Shown: positions 9,764 to 19,897, numbered from the stretch's first letter. The stretch: 64,000 bases of DNA from an uncultured Chloroflexia bacterium (GCA_963731865.1 CAVSXG010000002.1:612057-676056), one strand, 5' to 3'. Numbers and translations: made by a program. The notes: generated by a model from the letters alone, not told the origin.

Positions 9764-10744
9764 TCAGCCCGGTCGCACGAGCAGGTCGCGCCGGGCACCG
9801 AACCGGTCGATGATCCGGTAGAAATTGCGCTTGCTCAGGCGGTCGCGCTCGCCTTCGGGGATTGCCGTATAGCCGCGATGCTCGTGGCGAACCAGTGGAA
9901 GACCCTCGAGCGCGATGGCCGGTCGCGCCGGCTCGCCTTCTCCGTCGTCGCGAAGGACGAGGCTCCACCAGATGTCGAGGTTCCGGTAGAACGAGAACCG
10001 CTCGTCGAGCGGGCCCCGCGCGACGTAGTCGGCGCGGCGGAAGGCAAGGCAATACCCCTCGATGGCGTCCACGGTGCCAGCCGGCGCATCCTCAAAGTGA
10101 CGAAGGTCCTTCGAGGCGATCCCCCATCCCCCGGCGACGGCGACCGCCGGATCGCCGAGCACACGAGTGAGTGGCGTGACGAAGTCACCGGTTGCTTCCA
10201 CGCTCGTGTCGAGGAGGATGACCACGTGGCCGCTGGCGCGCCGTATCCCGGCGTTTAGGGCGGCGGCATGCCCCAGTCGATCGCTGGTCCACAGCACCTC
10301 GATCGGATCGTCCGAAACGGGCCCGGATCCGATGGCCTCCAGGGCCATCGTCTGTTCCGTCGACGGATCGTTCGCGACGATCACGATCGAAACGCCCAGC
10401 GGCAGCGTTCCCCGCACTGAGGAAAGCGCACGATCGAGGTCGGCCGGCCAATCCGTGGCGAGCAGCACGAGCGTGGCGGGTCCGATCGGCGGCTCGTCCA
10501 ATCGCGATGGGACGTTGCGGCTCGCGCCGTACCGCACCCGCGACCCTTCCGAGAGGTCGGGCGGAGCGGCCGGTGACAACGCGAAGTCCGTCCCGTGGTC
10601 GACGATCGTCCAGCCCGCGGCTTCGATCGTCGCCCGGAGGCGGTCGGCCTCGGGCCAGTCACGAGCGGCACGCGCCTTCGCCCGATCGTGCGCCGCAGCG
10701 AGGATGTCGTCGGGAATGCGCTGACGGGTCACGCTTTGGAGCAT
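9764..10744 (-). CDS. Glycosyltransferase family 2
   Basis: GT2-like fold with a DxD region. Start taken at the internal ATG at 10744. Confidence 0.65.
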   Translation of the reverse strand: MLQSVTRQRIPDDILAAAHDRAKARAARDWPEADRLRATIEAAGWTIVDHGTDFALSPAAPPDLSEGSRVRYGASRNVPSRLDEPPIGPATLVLLATDWPADLDRALSSVRGTLPLGVSIVIVANDPSTEQTMALEAIGSGPVSDDPIEVLWTSDRLGHAAALNAGIRRASGHVVILLDTSVEATGDFVTPLTRVLGDPAVAVAGGWGIASKDLRHFEDAPAGTVDAIEGYCLAFRRADYVARGPLDERFSFYRNLDIWWSLVLRDDGEGEPARPAIALEGLPLVRHEHRGYTAIPEGERDRLSKRNFYRIIDRFGARRDLLVRPG

Positions 10745-10819
10745 AGACGCGGACACCGGGGATCGCCGAAGGTATCGTGCTCGTTCACCCGGACCAATCG
10801 TTCGCGGTAGGCTCAAGGG

Positions 10820-11293
10820 GTGAAATCGCCCCACTTCCCCACGCTCTCACCGGCCCGAATTTGCGCTGCCGCGTGCCTGATCGTGCTTGGCTGCGCACAA
10901 GGCGCCGTCGACAGCTCGACAACGGCTTCACCGGATTTGGGGTCGCCATCGTCGCCGTCGAGTGCGACGGTTCGCTTGAACGTAGCGCCAGCCAATCTCG
11001 GCTGCGACACGATGGGCGTGACGTACCGATCGGCGACCATCCGATTCACACCCGCCGGCCCCGAACAGGTGTCGGCCGTGACCGACAGTGGGGTAACCCT
11101 CAAGACGTTCTGGAGTGCAGGGTTCGTCGGTGGACCGCTCGACGATCCCTCCGTCCTCGATCATGAGGGACGCGTTGTCGCTCGCGACGGGGAAGTCGTG
11201 ACCATCCCGGAGGGCGCCTGGCCGCGCCTGAACGGCTATTTCGTCTGCCCGTCGCCGGACGCCCTGTACATCCTGTTGACCGACCCTGCCTGA
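10820..11293 (+). CDS. Hypothetical lipoprotein
   Basis: GTG start followed by a signal peptide with lipobox LIVLGCAQ. No recognisable domain. Confidence 0.45.
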   Translation: MKSPHFPTLSPARICAAACLIVLGCAQGAVDSSTTASPDLGSPSSPSSATVRLNVAPANLGCDTMGVTYRSATIRFTPAGPEQVSAVTDSGVTLKTFWSAGFVGGPLDDPSVLDHEGRVVARDGEVVTIPEGAWPRLNGYFVCPSPDALYILLTDPA

Positions 11294-11340
11294 TCCCCAG
11301 GCAGCCGGCCGCCGAGATCAGCCCTCGACGCGAACGATCG

Positions 11341-11787
11341 TCAACACGGCCCTGGCGTCGTGGTCACATCGTTGATTCGCTCAGTCTCGTTCCGGATCAG
11401 GATTCGATAGCGAGTGCAGGTCGTGACCCCGTCCGCCGTGACCTCGTCCGCGCGCCGGACGTTCTGATCGACATAGTGCGGCGCACCCTCCGCGACGAGC
11501 ACCGTGTCCTGCTCGCTATTGGTCATTTCGAACGACGAGACGATGTTGCCGGCCGCGTCAACGACCGTGGACATGAACCACTGGTCCATCTTGATGCTCG
11601 TCTCACCGGACTTCCGCTCCTTGGACCGGGTGTCCGTCTCCGTCGCGGAGCAGAAGGTGAGGGCGTCGACCGTGAAACATTCGTAGGAGGACACGTGCGT
11701 TGTCGTGGGCGGGTCCGCGAGCACGGGTGCCGCAACCGTCAGGGTCAGCGCAGATGCGAGAAGCACGGCGCGAATCGGGAGCTTCAT
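11341..11787 (-). CDS. Hypothetical secreted Cys-containing protein
   Basis: MKLPIRAVLLASALTLTVAAPVLA signal peptide from ATG 11787. Mature part has four Cys. Confidence 0.45.
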   Translation of the reverse strand: MKLPIRAVLLASALTLTVAAPVLADPPTTTHVSSYECFTVDALTFCSATETDTRSKERKSGETSIKMDQWFMSTVVDAAGNIVSSFEMTNSEQDTVLVAEGAPHYVDQNVRRADEVTADGVTTCTRYRILIRNETERINDVTTTPGPC

Positions 11788-11964
11788 TCGTTCTCTCCGT
11801 TGGGTCGCAGGCTGGGGCTCGTCCGGCGCCTGGGGGAGCGCGTCCGAGTTGTCATTCCGTTGGATTTTCCCACAGTCGTGGGGTGCAAAGCGTAGTTCCC
11901 AAGGCAACTGCGTCCAATAGGTTGCATGCCCTAACCCCCGGGTGCTGCTCGACGAGGGCGTGCG

Positions 11965-12390
11965 TCACCTGGAATCCTTCAAACGCCCGAGGGCATCGAG
12001 CAGCTCGTCGCTCACCCGGGCCATCGGCGCGAAGGGCAGATCGATCCGGATCGCGGCCGACTCGGTGAGCATCGCGTTGTACGGTGCGCCGCTGCCCGCA
12101 TGCGTTCGGTAGTCGGTCCGGACGAGGATGATCGGCTTCTTGCCGAAGGCGTAGCCGCACTCCCATGCCGTGCCCGAGTCGGGGTCAGGGCCGTCCATGA
12201 TCGCCACGATTGCGTCGGCCCAGTCGATCCCGCTGACGTCGGTGCTGAAGATCCCCGGCGCGTCCCTGCCCGGCTCCTGCTCCTGGGGCAGGAACACCTC
12301 GTGTCCACTTGCACGGAGGGCGGCCGTGAGCTCGGCGTTCCAGCTCCGTTCGGCCGCCGAGAAGAGCGGTCCCGCGAAGTACAGCTTCAT
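11965..12390 (-). CDS. Nucleoside 2-deoxyribosyltransferase family protein
   Basis: MKLYFAGPLFS...AIVAIMDG...WECGYAFG pattern typical of the NDT/DRTase fold. Confidence 0.6.
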   Translation of the reverse strand: MKLYFAGPLFSAAERSWNAELTAALRASGHEVFLPQEQEPGRDAPGIFSTDVSGIDWADAIVAIMDGPDPDSGTAWECGYAFGKKPIILVRTDYRTHAGSGAPYNAMLTESAAIRIDLPFAPMARVSDELLDALGRLKDSR

Positions 12391-12476
12391 CGACCCAGTA
12401 TCGCCGACCCGGCCCGCGTGACGATAGGTTCGAACGCCGACCGGCGGGTTGCGTCCATCGGCATCGGTGTCGCACC

Positions 12477-13463
12477 ATGCGCCGCGTGGAGCCCTCCGAG
12501 GAGATCCGTCGCGTCGTCGAGCGGTGGACCATCGCGACCGCGACGGGCGACGAAGAGGCGTACCTCGGGCGGCTTTCCGACCACGCTGGCACCCTGATGA
12601 TCGGCACCGACCCCGCCGCGTGGTTTCGGGGCAGCGAGACCCGCGCGATCTGGGCCCGACAGATGCAGGAGACCGGCGCCTTCCCGGTCACGGCCACCGA
12701 GATCCAGGCCTGGGAGGAAGGGTCGGTCGGCTGGGCCGCAGTGAAGGAGTTGATCAGCTGGGAGGGCGAAGCACTCGAGTCGCGCGCGACCTACATCCTC
12801 CACCTCGAGCGAGGGGAGTGGAAGGTCGTCCACGTCCACTGGTCGTTCCCGCGATCGTATTTGGAGACTCTCGGCCGGTCGCTCACCGTCTCGCTCGACG
12901 AGCTCGAGCGTACGATCCAGCGCGAGCGGCCGGACCTGTCGGCCTCGCTGGCCGTCGATGGCACGGTCACGATCATGTTCACCGACATCGTCGACTCGAC
13001 ACCCATGCTCGCCCGCCTCGGCGACCGGGCCTGGCTCGAGGTCATCCGGCGCCACAACCGGCTCATCGAGGCGGTGGCGGCCACCCACGGCGGCAGCGTC
13101 GCCGGGACACAGGGCGACGGGTCGATGCTGGCCTTCTCGAGCGCCCGCCAGGCGGTCGCGTGCGCGCAGGCGATCCAGCTCGAGATCGAGCGAGAGTTCG
13201 GCGATCTCGCGCCGCCGATCCGCGTGCGGATCGGCATCCACACGGGCGACGCGATCAAGGAGGCCGAGCAATACATCGGCAGCACCGTGCACTTCGCCGC
13301 ACGCGTCGCGGGACAGGCGATCGGCGCCGAGGTGCTCGTGTCCAGTGCCGTGTACGAGCTCGTCCACGCCTCGACCCCGGCGGTAACGTTCCTCGAGGGT
13401 CGCGAGGTGGAGCTCAAGGGGATTGCCGGCCGGCACCGGGTGTACGCGCTCGCCCCCGCCTGA
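12477..13463 (+). CDS. Adenylate/guanylate cyclase (class III) with N-terminal SnoaL-like/NTF2 domain
   Basis: C-terminal cyclase homology domain (TIMFTDIVDSTPM...GTQGDGSMLAF...RIGIHTGD). N-terminal ~130 aa has an NTF2-like pattern. Confidence 0.8.
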   Translation: MRRVEPSEEIRRVVERWTIATATGDEEAYLGRLSDHAGTLMIGTDPAAWFRGSETRAIWARQMQETGAFPVTATEIQAWEEGSVGWAAVKELISWEGEALESRATYILHLERGEWKVVHVHWSFPRSYLETLGRSLTVSLDELERTIQRERPDLSASLAVDGTVTIMFTDIVDSTPMLARLGDRAWLEVIRRHNRLIEAVAATHGGSVAGTQGDGSMLAFSSARQAVACAQAIQLEIEREFGDLAPPIRVRIGIHTGDAIKEAEQYIGSTVHFAARVAGQAIGAEVLVSSAVYELVHASTPAVTFLEGREVELKGIAGRHRVYALAPA

Positions 13464-13513
13464 CGTCCAGCTCGTCGACTGGTCGCCCGTTCGTCGGGGA
13501 AGCTGCGTGGGTA

Positions 13514-13589
13514 TGGCGCCCCCGGACGGACTCGAACCGCCGACGCAGGCCTTAGGACGGCCTCGCTCTGTCCACTGAGCTACGGGGGC
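13514..13589 (-). tRNA. tRNA-Arg (anticodon CCT)
   Basis: Manual cloverleaf: 7-bp acceptor GCCCCCG/CGGGGGC, D-arm GCTC/GAGC, anticodon stem AGGCC/GGCCT with loop GTCCTAA, T-arm GGCGG-TTCGAGT-CCGTC, encoded CCA. Confidence 0.8.
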
Positions 13590-13729
13590 ACCGAACGCCA
13601 TCGTACCGCGCCGTGAAAGGAACCTCGGACGACGGTCCAGCGTCACGACACCATGGCCGTCGCACCTCCCTGCGATGGCCTACTCCCTCCGGCGCCCGTC
13701 GGACGGGAGTGCCCGGACCCTCGCGTACA

Positions 13730-14020
13730 ATGCCGGCCGAGATGTCGCTCCCTCCCCTCCCCGACCTGATCCTGTACGGCCGTCCGGGATGTGGGTTGTG
13801 CGACGAGGCGCGTGCCCTGGTCGGTGCGCTCCTTGCGGCGCGCAAGCTGGCCGGCCTGGCCACGCCGGCACTCGTCGAGCGCAACATCGAAACCGATCCA
13901 GCCTGGGAACGAGCCTATTTCGCGACGATCCCCGTAGTCGAGCTTGGCGATCAACGGCTGGACCTCGCCACGAGTGCCGCGAGGGTGCGTCGCCTTCTGA
14001 CCGACGTCCTCGACGCCTGA
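13730..14020 (+). CDS. Glutaredoxin-like (thioredoxin-fold) protein
   Basis: LILYGRPGCGLCDEA CxxC motif. Start chosen at the internal ATG. Confidence 0.6.
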   Translation: MPAEMSLPPLPDLILYGRPGCGLCDEARALVGALLAARKLAGLATPALVERNIETDPAWERAYFATIPVVELGDQRLDLATSAARVRRLLTDVLDA

Positions 14021-14024
14021 ACCG

Positions 14025-14840
14025 ATGGGCGGCACCGACCTGACGATCCTCTTGGCCCTCGCGGCGGGCGTGATCAGCTTCCTGTCACCTTGCGTCCTGC
14101 CGCTGGTGCCTGCCTATGTCGGGCAGTTGAGTGCGATTGCCGTCGCTTCCGCGGCGGAGGGCGCCTCCCCGTCCCGATGGTCCGCGATGCGTCACGCCCT
14201 CGCCTATGTCGCCGGGTTTGGTGTCGTGTTCACCCTTCTCGGCGTGACTGCTACGTTTGCCGCGGGTCCCCTGGTCGATTACCTGCCGGCCCTGCGCATC
14301 GTTGGCGGCATCGTGCTGATTGTCCTTGGGCTCAACCTGGCCGGAATCCTGCGGATACCGGCACTCGAGCGGAACTGGCGACCGCTCGACGCAGGAGCGG
14401 CTGCGTCACTGGCCACGGCTACCAACTCGATCGGGTTCGGTGGCGGTGCGACCCGCTCGATCGGCGATCGTCTCGGTGGTCGGATCGTGAGTGCGCGTGG
14501 CGGATGGCTGGCATCCTTCGGCCTCGGTGCCATCTTTGCCATCGGCTGGACGCCGTGCATCGGGATCATCCTGGGCGGGATCCTGACCATGGCCGCCACG
14601 TCGGCGACGGCCGCCCAGGGAACGCTCCTGCTGGTCGCCTACACGCTCGGTCTTGGATTGCCCTTCCTGCTCATCGCGGCCGTCTACGACCGGGCCCCGC
14701 GGCTCCTGGCGCCGCTGGTGAAGCACGGGAGCGTCGTGGCGCTCATCGGCGGGTTGCTCGTCGTGTTCATCGGCGTCGCCATGGTCTTCGACTGGCTTTC
14801 GTTGTTCCCGCGCTACTTCAACTTCAACACGGCGATCTGA
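14025..14840 (+). CDS. ccdA: Cytochrome c-type biogenesis / thiol-disulfide transporter CcdA (DsbD family)
   Basis: Six TM helices with the conserved LSPCVLPLVP and TPCIGIILG cysteine motifs. Confidence 0.85.
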   Translation: MGGTDLTILLALAAGVISFLSPCVLPLVPAYVGQLSAIAVASAAEGASPSRWSAMRHALAYVAGFGVVFTLLGVTATFAAGPLVDYLPALRIVGGIVLIVLGLNLAGILRIPALERNWRPLDAGAAASLATATNSIGFGGGATRSIGDRLGGRIVSARGGWLASFGLGAIFAIGWTPCIGIILGGILTMAATSATAAQGTLLLVAYTLGLGLPFLLIAAVYDRAPRLLAPLVKHGSVVALIGGLLVVFIGVAMVFDWLSLFPRYFNFNTAI

Positions 14841-15512
14841 GTGGCGCAGCGGCCAGGGTTCGTCCATCGCCCGGAACGGCGCGGGCTCGTTGGCCCATTC
14901 AGCGGACGCCAGCTGCTCGCGGCGTTCGTCTCGGTCGTGGTCACCGGCGTCCTCCTCGTGGCGGTGACCACCCCCCTGGGCAATACGGGTACCGGTCCAG
15001 ACACGGTCGATCCCCGTGCCACCCAGTACATCATCGGTCCGCCTCCCGAGGAAGGGCTTCAGCCCGGCGATCTCGCGCCGGAGCTGGCAGTTGCCCTCGA
15101 CGACGGCTCCACCTTCCAGTTGACCGACCTCGGCGGTCAGCCGATCCGCCTGGCCGACCTTCGCGGCAAGGCGGTCTGGATCAACTTCTGGGCGAGCTGG
15201 TGTCCGCCGTGCCAGCAGGAGACCCCGATCATCCGCGCGATGGCCGAGCGCTACCGCGACGCCGGGCTTGTCGTCGTGGCCATCGCAGTCCAGGAGACCT
15301 CGCCGGCTGACATCCGCGCGTACGCCGAGCGATACGACCTCGACTACACGATCGGCTTTGACGCGTCCGGGCACGTGTACCGCGAATACCGGGTCTTTGG
15401 CCTGCCGACGCAGTTCTTCATCCGGCCGGATGGAACGATCGCATCGGTTGGGAAGACAGTCGACGAAGCGGCCGCCGTGGCCGCGATCGAGGGGATCCTG
15501 CCGCCAAACTGA
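14841..15512 (+). CDS. TlpA/ResA-family thiol-disulfide oxidoreductase
   Basis: N-terminal TM anchor, WASWCPPC thioredoxin motif. GTG start abuts the ccdA stop. Confidence 0.85.
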   Translation: MAQRPGFVHRPERRGLVGPFSGRQLLAAFVSVVVTGVLLVAVTTPLGNTGTGPDTVDPRATQYIIGPPPEEGLQPGDLAPELAVALDDGSTFQLTDLGGQPIRLADLRGKAVWINFWASWCPPCQQETPIIRAMAERYRDAGLVVVAIAVQETSPADIRAYAERYDLDYTIGFDASGHVYREYRVFGLPTQFFIRPDGTIASVGKTVDEAAAVAAIEGILPPN

Positions 15513-15518
15513 CCTAGG

Positions 15519-16385
15519 TCAGTCGCCCTCATAGCGGAAGCGGTCGCGGTCGCGAACGAGACGACCGATCGGGTGCGTTCGTTCGTGTGAGAGAGCGACG
15601 ATCCATGCCTCATCCGCCGCCTGCGCGAAGAGATCGGCCTTTCGCACGACAGAGTCGAGGGGGAAATCGTCGAACGCTGTGACCCAACGTGGGTTCGCCG
15701 CCCACGGACGCATCAGCAAGTCACCGAAAAACGCGAGCGTCCGCCCGCCCGCTCCCCCACCCCGGACGATGATCGCCTGGTGCCCGGTGGAGTGACCACC
15801 CGTCGGAACGACGGAGACACCCGGAAGGACCTCGCGCTCGCCGTCGGCCCAGCCTTCTGCGCCCCAGTCGCGCACGAGCTCGAGCTCGGGCTGGACGTAC
15901 GAGGCCACGAGCCTTGGGTTGTCGCCGAGCGCGACCTCCCATTCCGCGCGCTGGGCGACGATCGTCGCTCTCGGGAACGCGCGAGCGCCGTCCGCGAGCA
16001 GAAGCCCGCCGGCGTGGTCGAAATGCAGGTGGCTCATCGCCACCACGTCGATGGTGTCCGGTTGGAACGCGGCGGCCTCGAGCGCGGGCACGATCGCCGG
16101 GCCTTCGTAGCCACGCATCGCCCGGCCCTTGTCGTCGATACGTTCGCCGATCCCGGTCTCGACCAGGACCCGCCCCGCCGGCGTGTCGATCAGCAGGCAG
16201 TTGAGCGCCTGGAGGAGCCGTCGCTTGTCGTCGAGCTCATCGGCGACAAGGGCGCCCCACATCGACCACGGCACGGGGCCCAGCAGCGCACCGGCATCCG
16301 AACGGAACGTTCCCGCCTGGACTAGCGCGACGCGCACCCCGCCACCGAGATCGCGCGCCCAGTCGACCGCGTCGTTGATCGCCAT
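15519..16385 (-). CDS. MBL-fold metallo-hydrolase
   Basis: HLHFDHAGG (HxHxDH) motif and downstream His/Asp ligands. Confidence 0.75.
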   Translation of the reverse strand: MAINDAVDWARDLGGGVRVALVQAGTFRSDAGALLGPVPWSMWGALVADELDDKRRLLQALNCLLIDTPAGRVLVETGIGERIDDKGRAMRGYEGPAIVPALEAAAFQPDTIDVVAMSHLHFDHAGGLLLADGARAFPRATIVAQRAEWEVALGDNPRLVASYVQPELELVRDWGAEGWADGEREVLPGVSVVPTGGHSTGHQAIIVRGGGAGGRTLAFFGDLLMRPWAANPRWVTAFDDFPLDSVVRKADLFAQAADEAWIVALSHERTHPIGRLVRDRDRFRYEGD

Positions 16386-16388
16386 CGG

Positions 16389-16988
16389 CTACGACCGCGT
16401 TGGATCGCCGGTCCGCCGCCCCCCGTCAAAGTCGCGGTGGAACGCCGAGGCCGTCGGTTCCGATTGGCCCTGGTACTTCGATCCGAGCTCGGGCGAGCCG
16501 TATGGCCGATCCACCGGACTGGACATCTTGAAGAAGCTGATCTGGCCAATCCGCATGCCCGCGTAGAGCGCAATCGGCAGGTTGGCGACGTTCGACAGCT
16601 CGAGCGTCAGGTTCCCCTTCCAGCCCGGATCCACGTAGCCAGCCGTCGAGTGGATCAGGAGGCCGAGTCTCCCGAGGCTCGACTTGCCCTCGAGCCGGGC
16701 GACAAGATCGTCCGGCAGCTCCACCCATTCGTGCGTCTGGCCGAGCACGAACTCGCCCGGATGCAGGATGAAGGCCTCGTCCTCGGCCACGGTCAGGAGC
16801 TCGGTCAGGTCAGGCTGGGGAGCGCGAACGTCGATATAGGCGTACCGGTTGTTGCGAAAGACCCGGAAGCTGTGGTCCAGGTGGAGGTCGACCGACGAGG
16901 GCTGGAGGTCGTGAGCGTCGTACGGCCGGATCTTGACCGTCCCGGCATCGAGCGCTGCCCGGATGTCGCGGTCAGACAACACGCTCAC
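16389..16988 (-). CDS. dcd: dCTP deaminase
   Basis: [14 protein letters not shown]...[16 protein letters not shown]...[23 protein letters not shown] dUTPase-like fold. GTG start overlaps the nrdR stop (GTGA). Confidence 0.85.
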   Translation of the reverse strand: MSVLSDRDIRAALDAGTVKIRPYDAHDLQPSSVDLHLDHSFRVFRNNRYAYIDVRAPQPDLTELLTVAEDEAFILHPGEFVLGQTHEWVELPDDLVARLEGKSSLGRLGLLIHSTAGYVDPGWKGNLTLELSNVANLPIALYAGMRIGQISFFKMSSPVDRPYGSPELGSKYQGQSEPTASAFHRDFDGGRRTGDPTRS

Positions 16989-17462
16989 TTGGCGTAGCTC
17001 GCCGTGCCACGCTCGGCGTAGAGCGAATCGACCTCTCGCTTGAGCGCCTCGAGATCCTCGAAGCTCTGGTAGACGCTCGCAAAGCGGATATAGGCGATCT
17101 GGTCGATGCCTCGAAGCTGCTCCATCGCAAGGGCACCGATGCGGGACGACGGGACTTCGGTCACGCCAGCCGAGCGAAGCTCGGCTTCGATCGCGTCGGC
17201 CGCCGACTCCGCGGCGCCGTCGGCAACCGGGCGACGAGTCGAGCGCCTTGCGCAGCCCGGAAACGAGCCGCTCACGATCGAACTCCTGGCGCGCGCCATC
17301 GCGCTTGAGCACGATCAGTCGGGCCGCCTCGACGCGCTCGTAGGTTGTGAACCGAAACGTGCAGGCAGCGCATTCTCGGCGTCGCCGGATCGTTGCCGAA
17401 TCATCGAGGTCGCGCGAGTCGACGACACGGGTCTCCCGCTCCGCACACTGGGGGCAGCGCAT
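16985..17462 (-). pseudogene. nrdR: Transcriptional repressor NrdR, split by an apparent 1-nt frameshift
   Basis: N-terminus [42 protein letters not shown]...GLRKAL is in the 17462 frame. C-terminus [10 protein letters not shown]...[11 protein letters not shown]... is in the 16985..17299 frame. Junction near 17226-17236 (gcccggtt). Confidence 0.7.
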
Positions 17463-17543
17463 CGCTCTCCTGTGCCACTGATACCACAAGGGCTTGTGGT
17501 GTGTGCCGAGGATACCACTAGATGGTGTGGTCAGATGCGCGGT

Positions 17544-18098
17544 TCAGATGCCCAACTGGTTGCGTTCCGAGGGCGTTTCGTCGGCCCGCAGGTCATCGGC
17601 CCGGACGGCGTGACGGGCGATCGCCTCGCGTGCGTGGATCAGGTTGAGATAGCCGCGCTTGATCGACGTCTGGGCCTCGAGCTCCCGGCTCCCCCGGCGC
17701 GACGCTGCGAGCATGTTTGCGCCGTGTTCGACCATGCCGAGGGCACGTGTGGCGCGTTCGAGTTCGGCCACGAAGTCGTCGCGGATCACCTGCGCCCGGC
17801 GTGGGCCCTTCAGCGCGCGGGCTTCCTCGCCATAGCGCTCGAGCGCCTCTGACGCGAGCACGACCGTCTCGCTGATGACCTCCGGTCCCGCCGTGTTGTG
17901 CCGGACCGCATCGATCCGACCCGTCGCGGACTCGAGCGCCGAATCGACTCGGGCAGCGAGCTCGCGGACACCACGCCGGAACTGGTGGAGCTCACGCGTC
18001 CGTGCCGCGATCCGGGACGTGCCGCGGAACACGACGATCAGCCCGGCGGCGAGCGCGATGAAGGCCATCACTGGCAGGAGGATCACCGCGAGCTCCAT
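17544..18098 (-). CDS. Hypothetical single-pass membrane protein with coiled-coil
   Basis: N-terminal TM helix, then a charged helical region. No known domain. Confidence 0.45.
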   Translation of the reverse strand: MELAVILLPVMAFIALAAGLIVVFRGTSRIAARTRELHQFRRGVRELAARVDSALESATGRIDAVRHNTAGPEVISETVVLASEALERYGEEARALKGPRRAQVIRDDFVAELERATRALGMVEHGANMLAASRRGSRELEAQTSIKRGYLNLIHAREAIARHAVRADDLRADETPSERNQLGI

Positions 18099-18119
18099 CG
18101 TGGTCCCGGGATCCCGCGG

Positions 18120-19103
18120 TCAGGCCGTGCGCGCGCGGAGTTGCTCGAGGAGGGCGGCCCCTACCTCGAACAAGTCCCCCACGACAAGGAGGTCGGCGAA
18201 TTCGGCGATCGGCGCATCCGGGTCGCGATTGACCGCGACGATGCTCCCGGCGGTCTGCATCCCGACCTTGTGCTGGATCGCGCCACTGATCCCCAGGGCA
18301 AGGTAGAGCTCCGGCTTGACGATCTTGCCCGTCTGCCCGATCTGCTGGCTGTAGTTGATCCAGCCCGAGTCAACCGCGGCTCGGGTCGCGCCAACGACAC
18401 CGCCGAGGACCTCGGCCAGGTCACCAACGAGCCCGAAACCGTCCGGGCCGCCCACGCCGCGACCGCCTGCAACGATGATCCGCGCCTCCTCGATCGGGGC
18501 GGCCGCGCCCGCTTCGCTGACACGTTCGACGACCTTGACCGCCGGGATCGTCGGCCCGCCGGCGGTCCGGGTCTCGACCGTGCCCGACGCGTCAGACGGC
18601 ACGGCCGTGATGACGTTGGGACGGACGGTCACGATCCCCCGCCCTGCGGTGAAGTTGGACGTTGTCAACAGCTTGCCGCCAAAGGCGCTCATCTCGACGG
18701 TCGGCCCGGCGTCCGTCCAGGCAACCCCGGTCGCACTCGTGAGGACGCCAAGGCCAGCCAGGGCCGACAGTGCGCCGGCCAGGTCACGACCATCTGGGCC
18801 GGCACCGGTGAGGATGGCGTCCGGCGCTGCCTCGGACTGCTCATCGACCAGGCCGGCGACCCGCGCGGCCGCGATCGCCGACCACGCGTGCCCCTCGGCC
18901 GCGGGATCTGCGATCGTCCACACGCTCGGAAGGAACCGGGCAAGCTCGTCTGCGATCGCGTCAGGGGCTGCGGCCACCACGACGCCGACGACACCGCGGC
19001 CGCTCTGCGCCCCGAGATCGCGAGCGAGCGTGGCCACCTCGGCGGACAGCCGCGACAGGCCGCCTTCCGCCGAAGGCTCCGCGATGACCCACAGGTCGCC
19101 CAT
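18120..19103 (-). CDS. etfA: Electron transfer flavoprotein alpha subunit
   Basis: MGDLWVIAEP...RIIVAGGRGVG...LYLALGISGAIQHKVGM FAD-binding region. ATG at 19103 overlaps the etfB stop (TGATG); the ORF upstream of it is an antisense extension. Confidence 0.85.
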   Translation of the reverse strand: MGDLWVIAEPSAEGGLSRLSAEVATLARDLGAQSGRGVVGVVVAAAPDAIADELARFLPSVWTIADPAAEGHAWSAIAAARVAGLVDEQSEAAPDAILTGAGPDGRDLAGALSALAGLGVLTSATGVAWTDAGPTVEMSAFGGKLLTTSNFTAGRGIVTVRPNVITAVPSDASGTVETRTAGGPTIPAVKVVERVSEAGAAAPIEEARIIVAGGRGVGGPDGFGLVGDLAEVLGGVVGATRAAVDSGWINYSQQIGQTGKIVKPELYLALGISGAIQHKVGMQTAGSIVAVNRDPDAPIAEFADLLVVGDLFEVGAALLEQLRARTA

Positions 19104-19897
19104 CAGATGATCCGCCGCTGCGCGAGGAATTCGACGATCCTCGCGGCCCCGTCCGACGACGACCCGCGGACGATCTCCGTGGCCCCGCGGGCGGGCGGGG
19201 TCCGGCTGTCGAGCACGGCCGTGGTGGCCACGCCGCCTCCGACGGTGGCCGGGTCGATCTCGAGCTCGGCGAGCGAACGAGTGACGATCTCCTTCGACCG
19301 CGCGGCCATGATCCCCTTGAGCGACGGGTAGCGAGGTTCCCCGAGCGCCTGCGTGCAGGAGATCAGCGCGGGCATCGGAGCCTCCAGGACGTCGTACCCG
19401 GTCGGGCTGATCCGTCGGACGCGTACGATCCGGGCACCCTCGTCGGGCTCGATCCGAGCTGCATACGAGAGCAACGGCAACCCGAGAAGTGCGGCCACCG
19501 CCGCGGGGACCGTGCCGCCCAGCCCGTCTGAGGTGTCGACGCCGACCAGGACGAGGTCGAACGTCAACGGCTTGAGCGCCGCGGCGAGGACACGGGCCGT
19601 CGAGACCGTGCATGAACCCGCGAGGGCCGGGTCGGTCACGTGGATTCCGCGCGTCGCGCCCATCGCCAGCGCCTTGCGAAGCGTCTCGGGTGCGGAGGTG
19701 GGGGCCATCGACAGGAGCGTGACCTCGCTCCCATCGGACGCGGCGGTGGTGAGCTTGAGGGCCGCTTCGAGCGCGTACTCGTCATTGCCGTTGACGACCG
19801 AGGGCGTCGCCGTCCGATCGAGGCGGCCGTCGGCGCCGAGCCGCTCACCGCCGGATGCGGGGTCGGGAACCGGTTTTACGAGGACGACGATGTGCAT
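19103..19897 (-). CDS. etfB: Electron transfer flavoprotein beta subunit
   Basis: MHIVVLVKPVPD...NGNDEYALEAALKL typical EtfB. Confidence 0.85.
   Translation of the reverse strand: MHIVVLVKPVPDPASGGERLGADGRLDRTATPSVVNGNDEYALEAALKLTTAASDGSEVTLLSMAPTSAPETLRKALAMGATRGIHVTDPALAGSCTVSTARVLAAALKPLTFDLVLVGVDTSDGLGGTVPAAVAALLGLPLLSYAARIEPDEGARIVRVRRISPTGYDVLEAPMPALISCTQALGEPRYPSLKGIMAARSKEIVTRSLAELEIDPATVGGGVATTAVLDSRTPPARGATEIVRGSSSDGAARIVEFLAQRRII

Noticed and set aside
12387-13646. 419-aa minus-strand ORF antisense to the cyclase gene, and many similar long overlapping ORFs (e.g. 728-1918+, 14090-15310+, 20139-21827-, 25041-25808+, 57261-58789+).
   Set aside because: They are R/P/G/A-rich low-complexity translations typical of antisense frames in 70% GC DNA. 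They have no motifs, and each overlaps a well-supported gene on the other strand.
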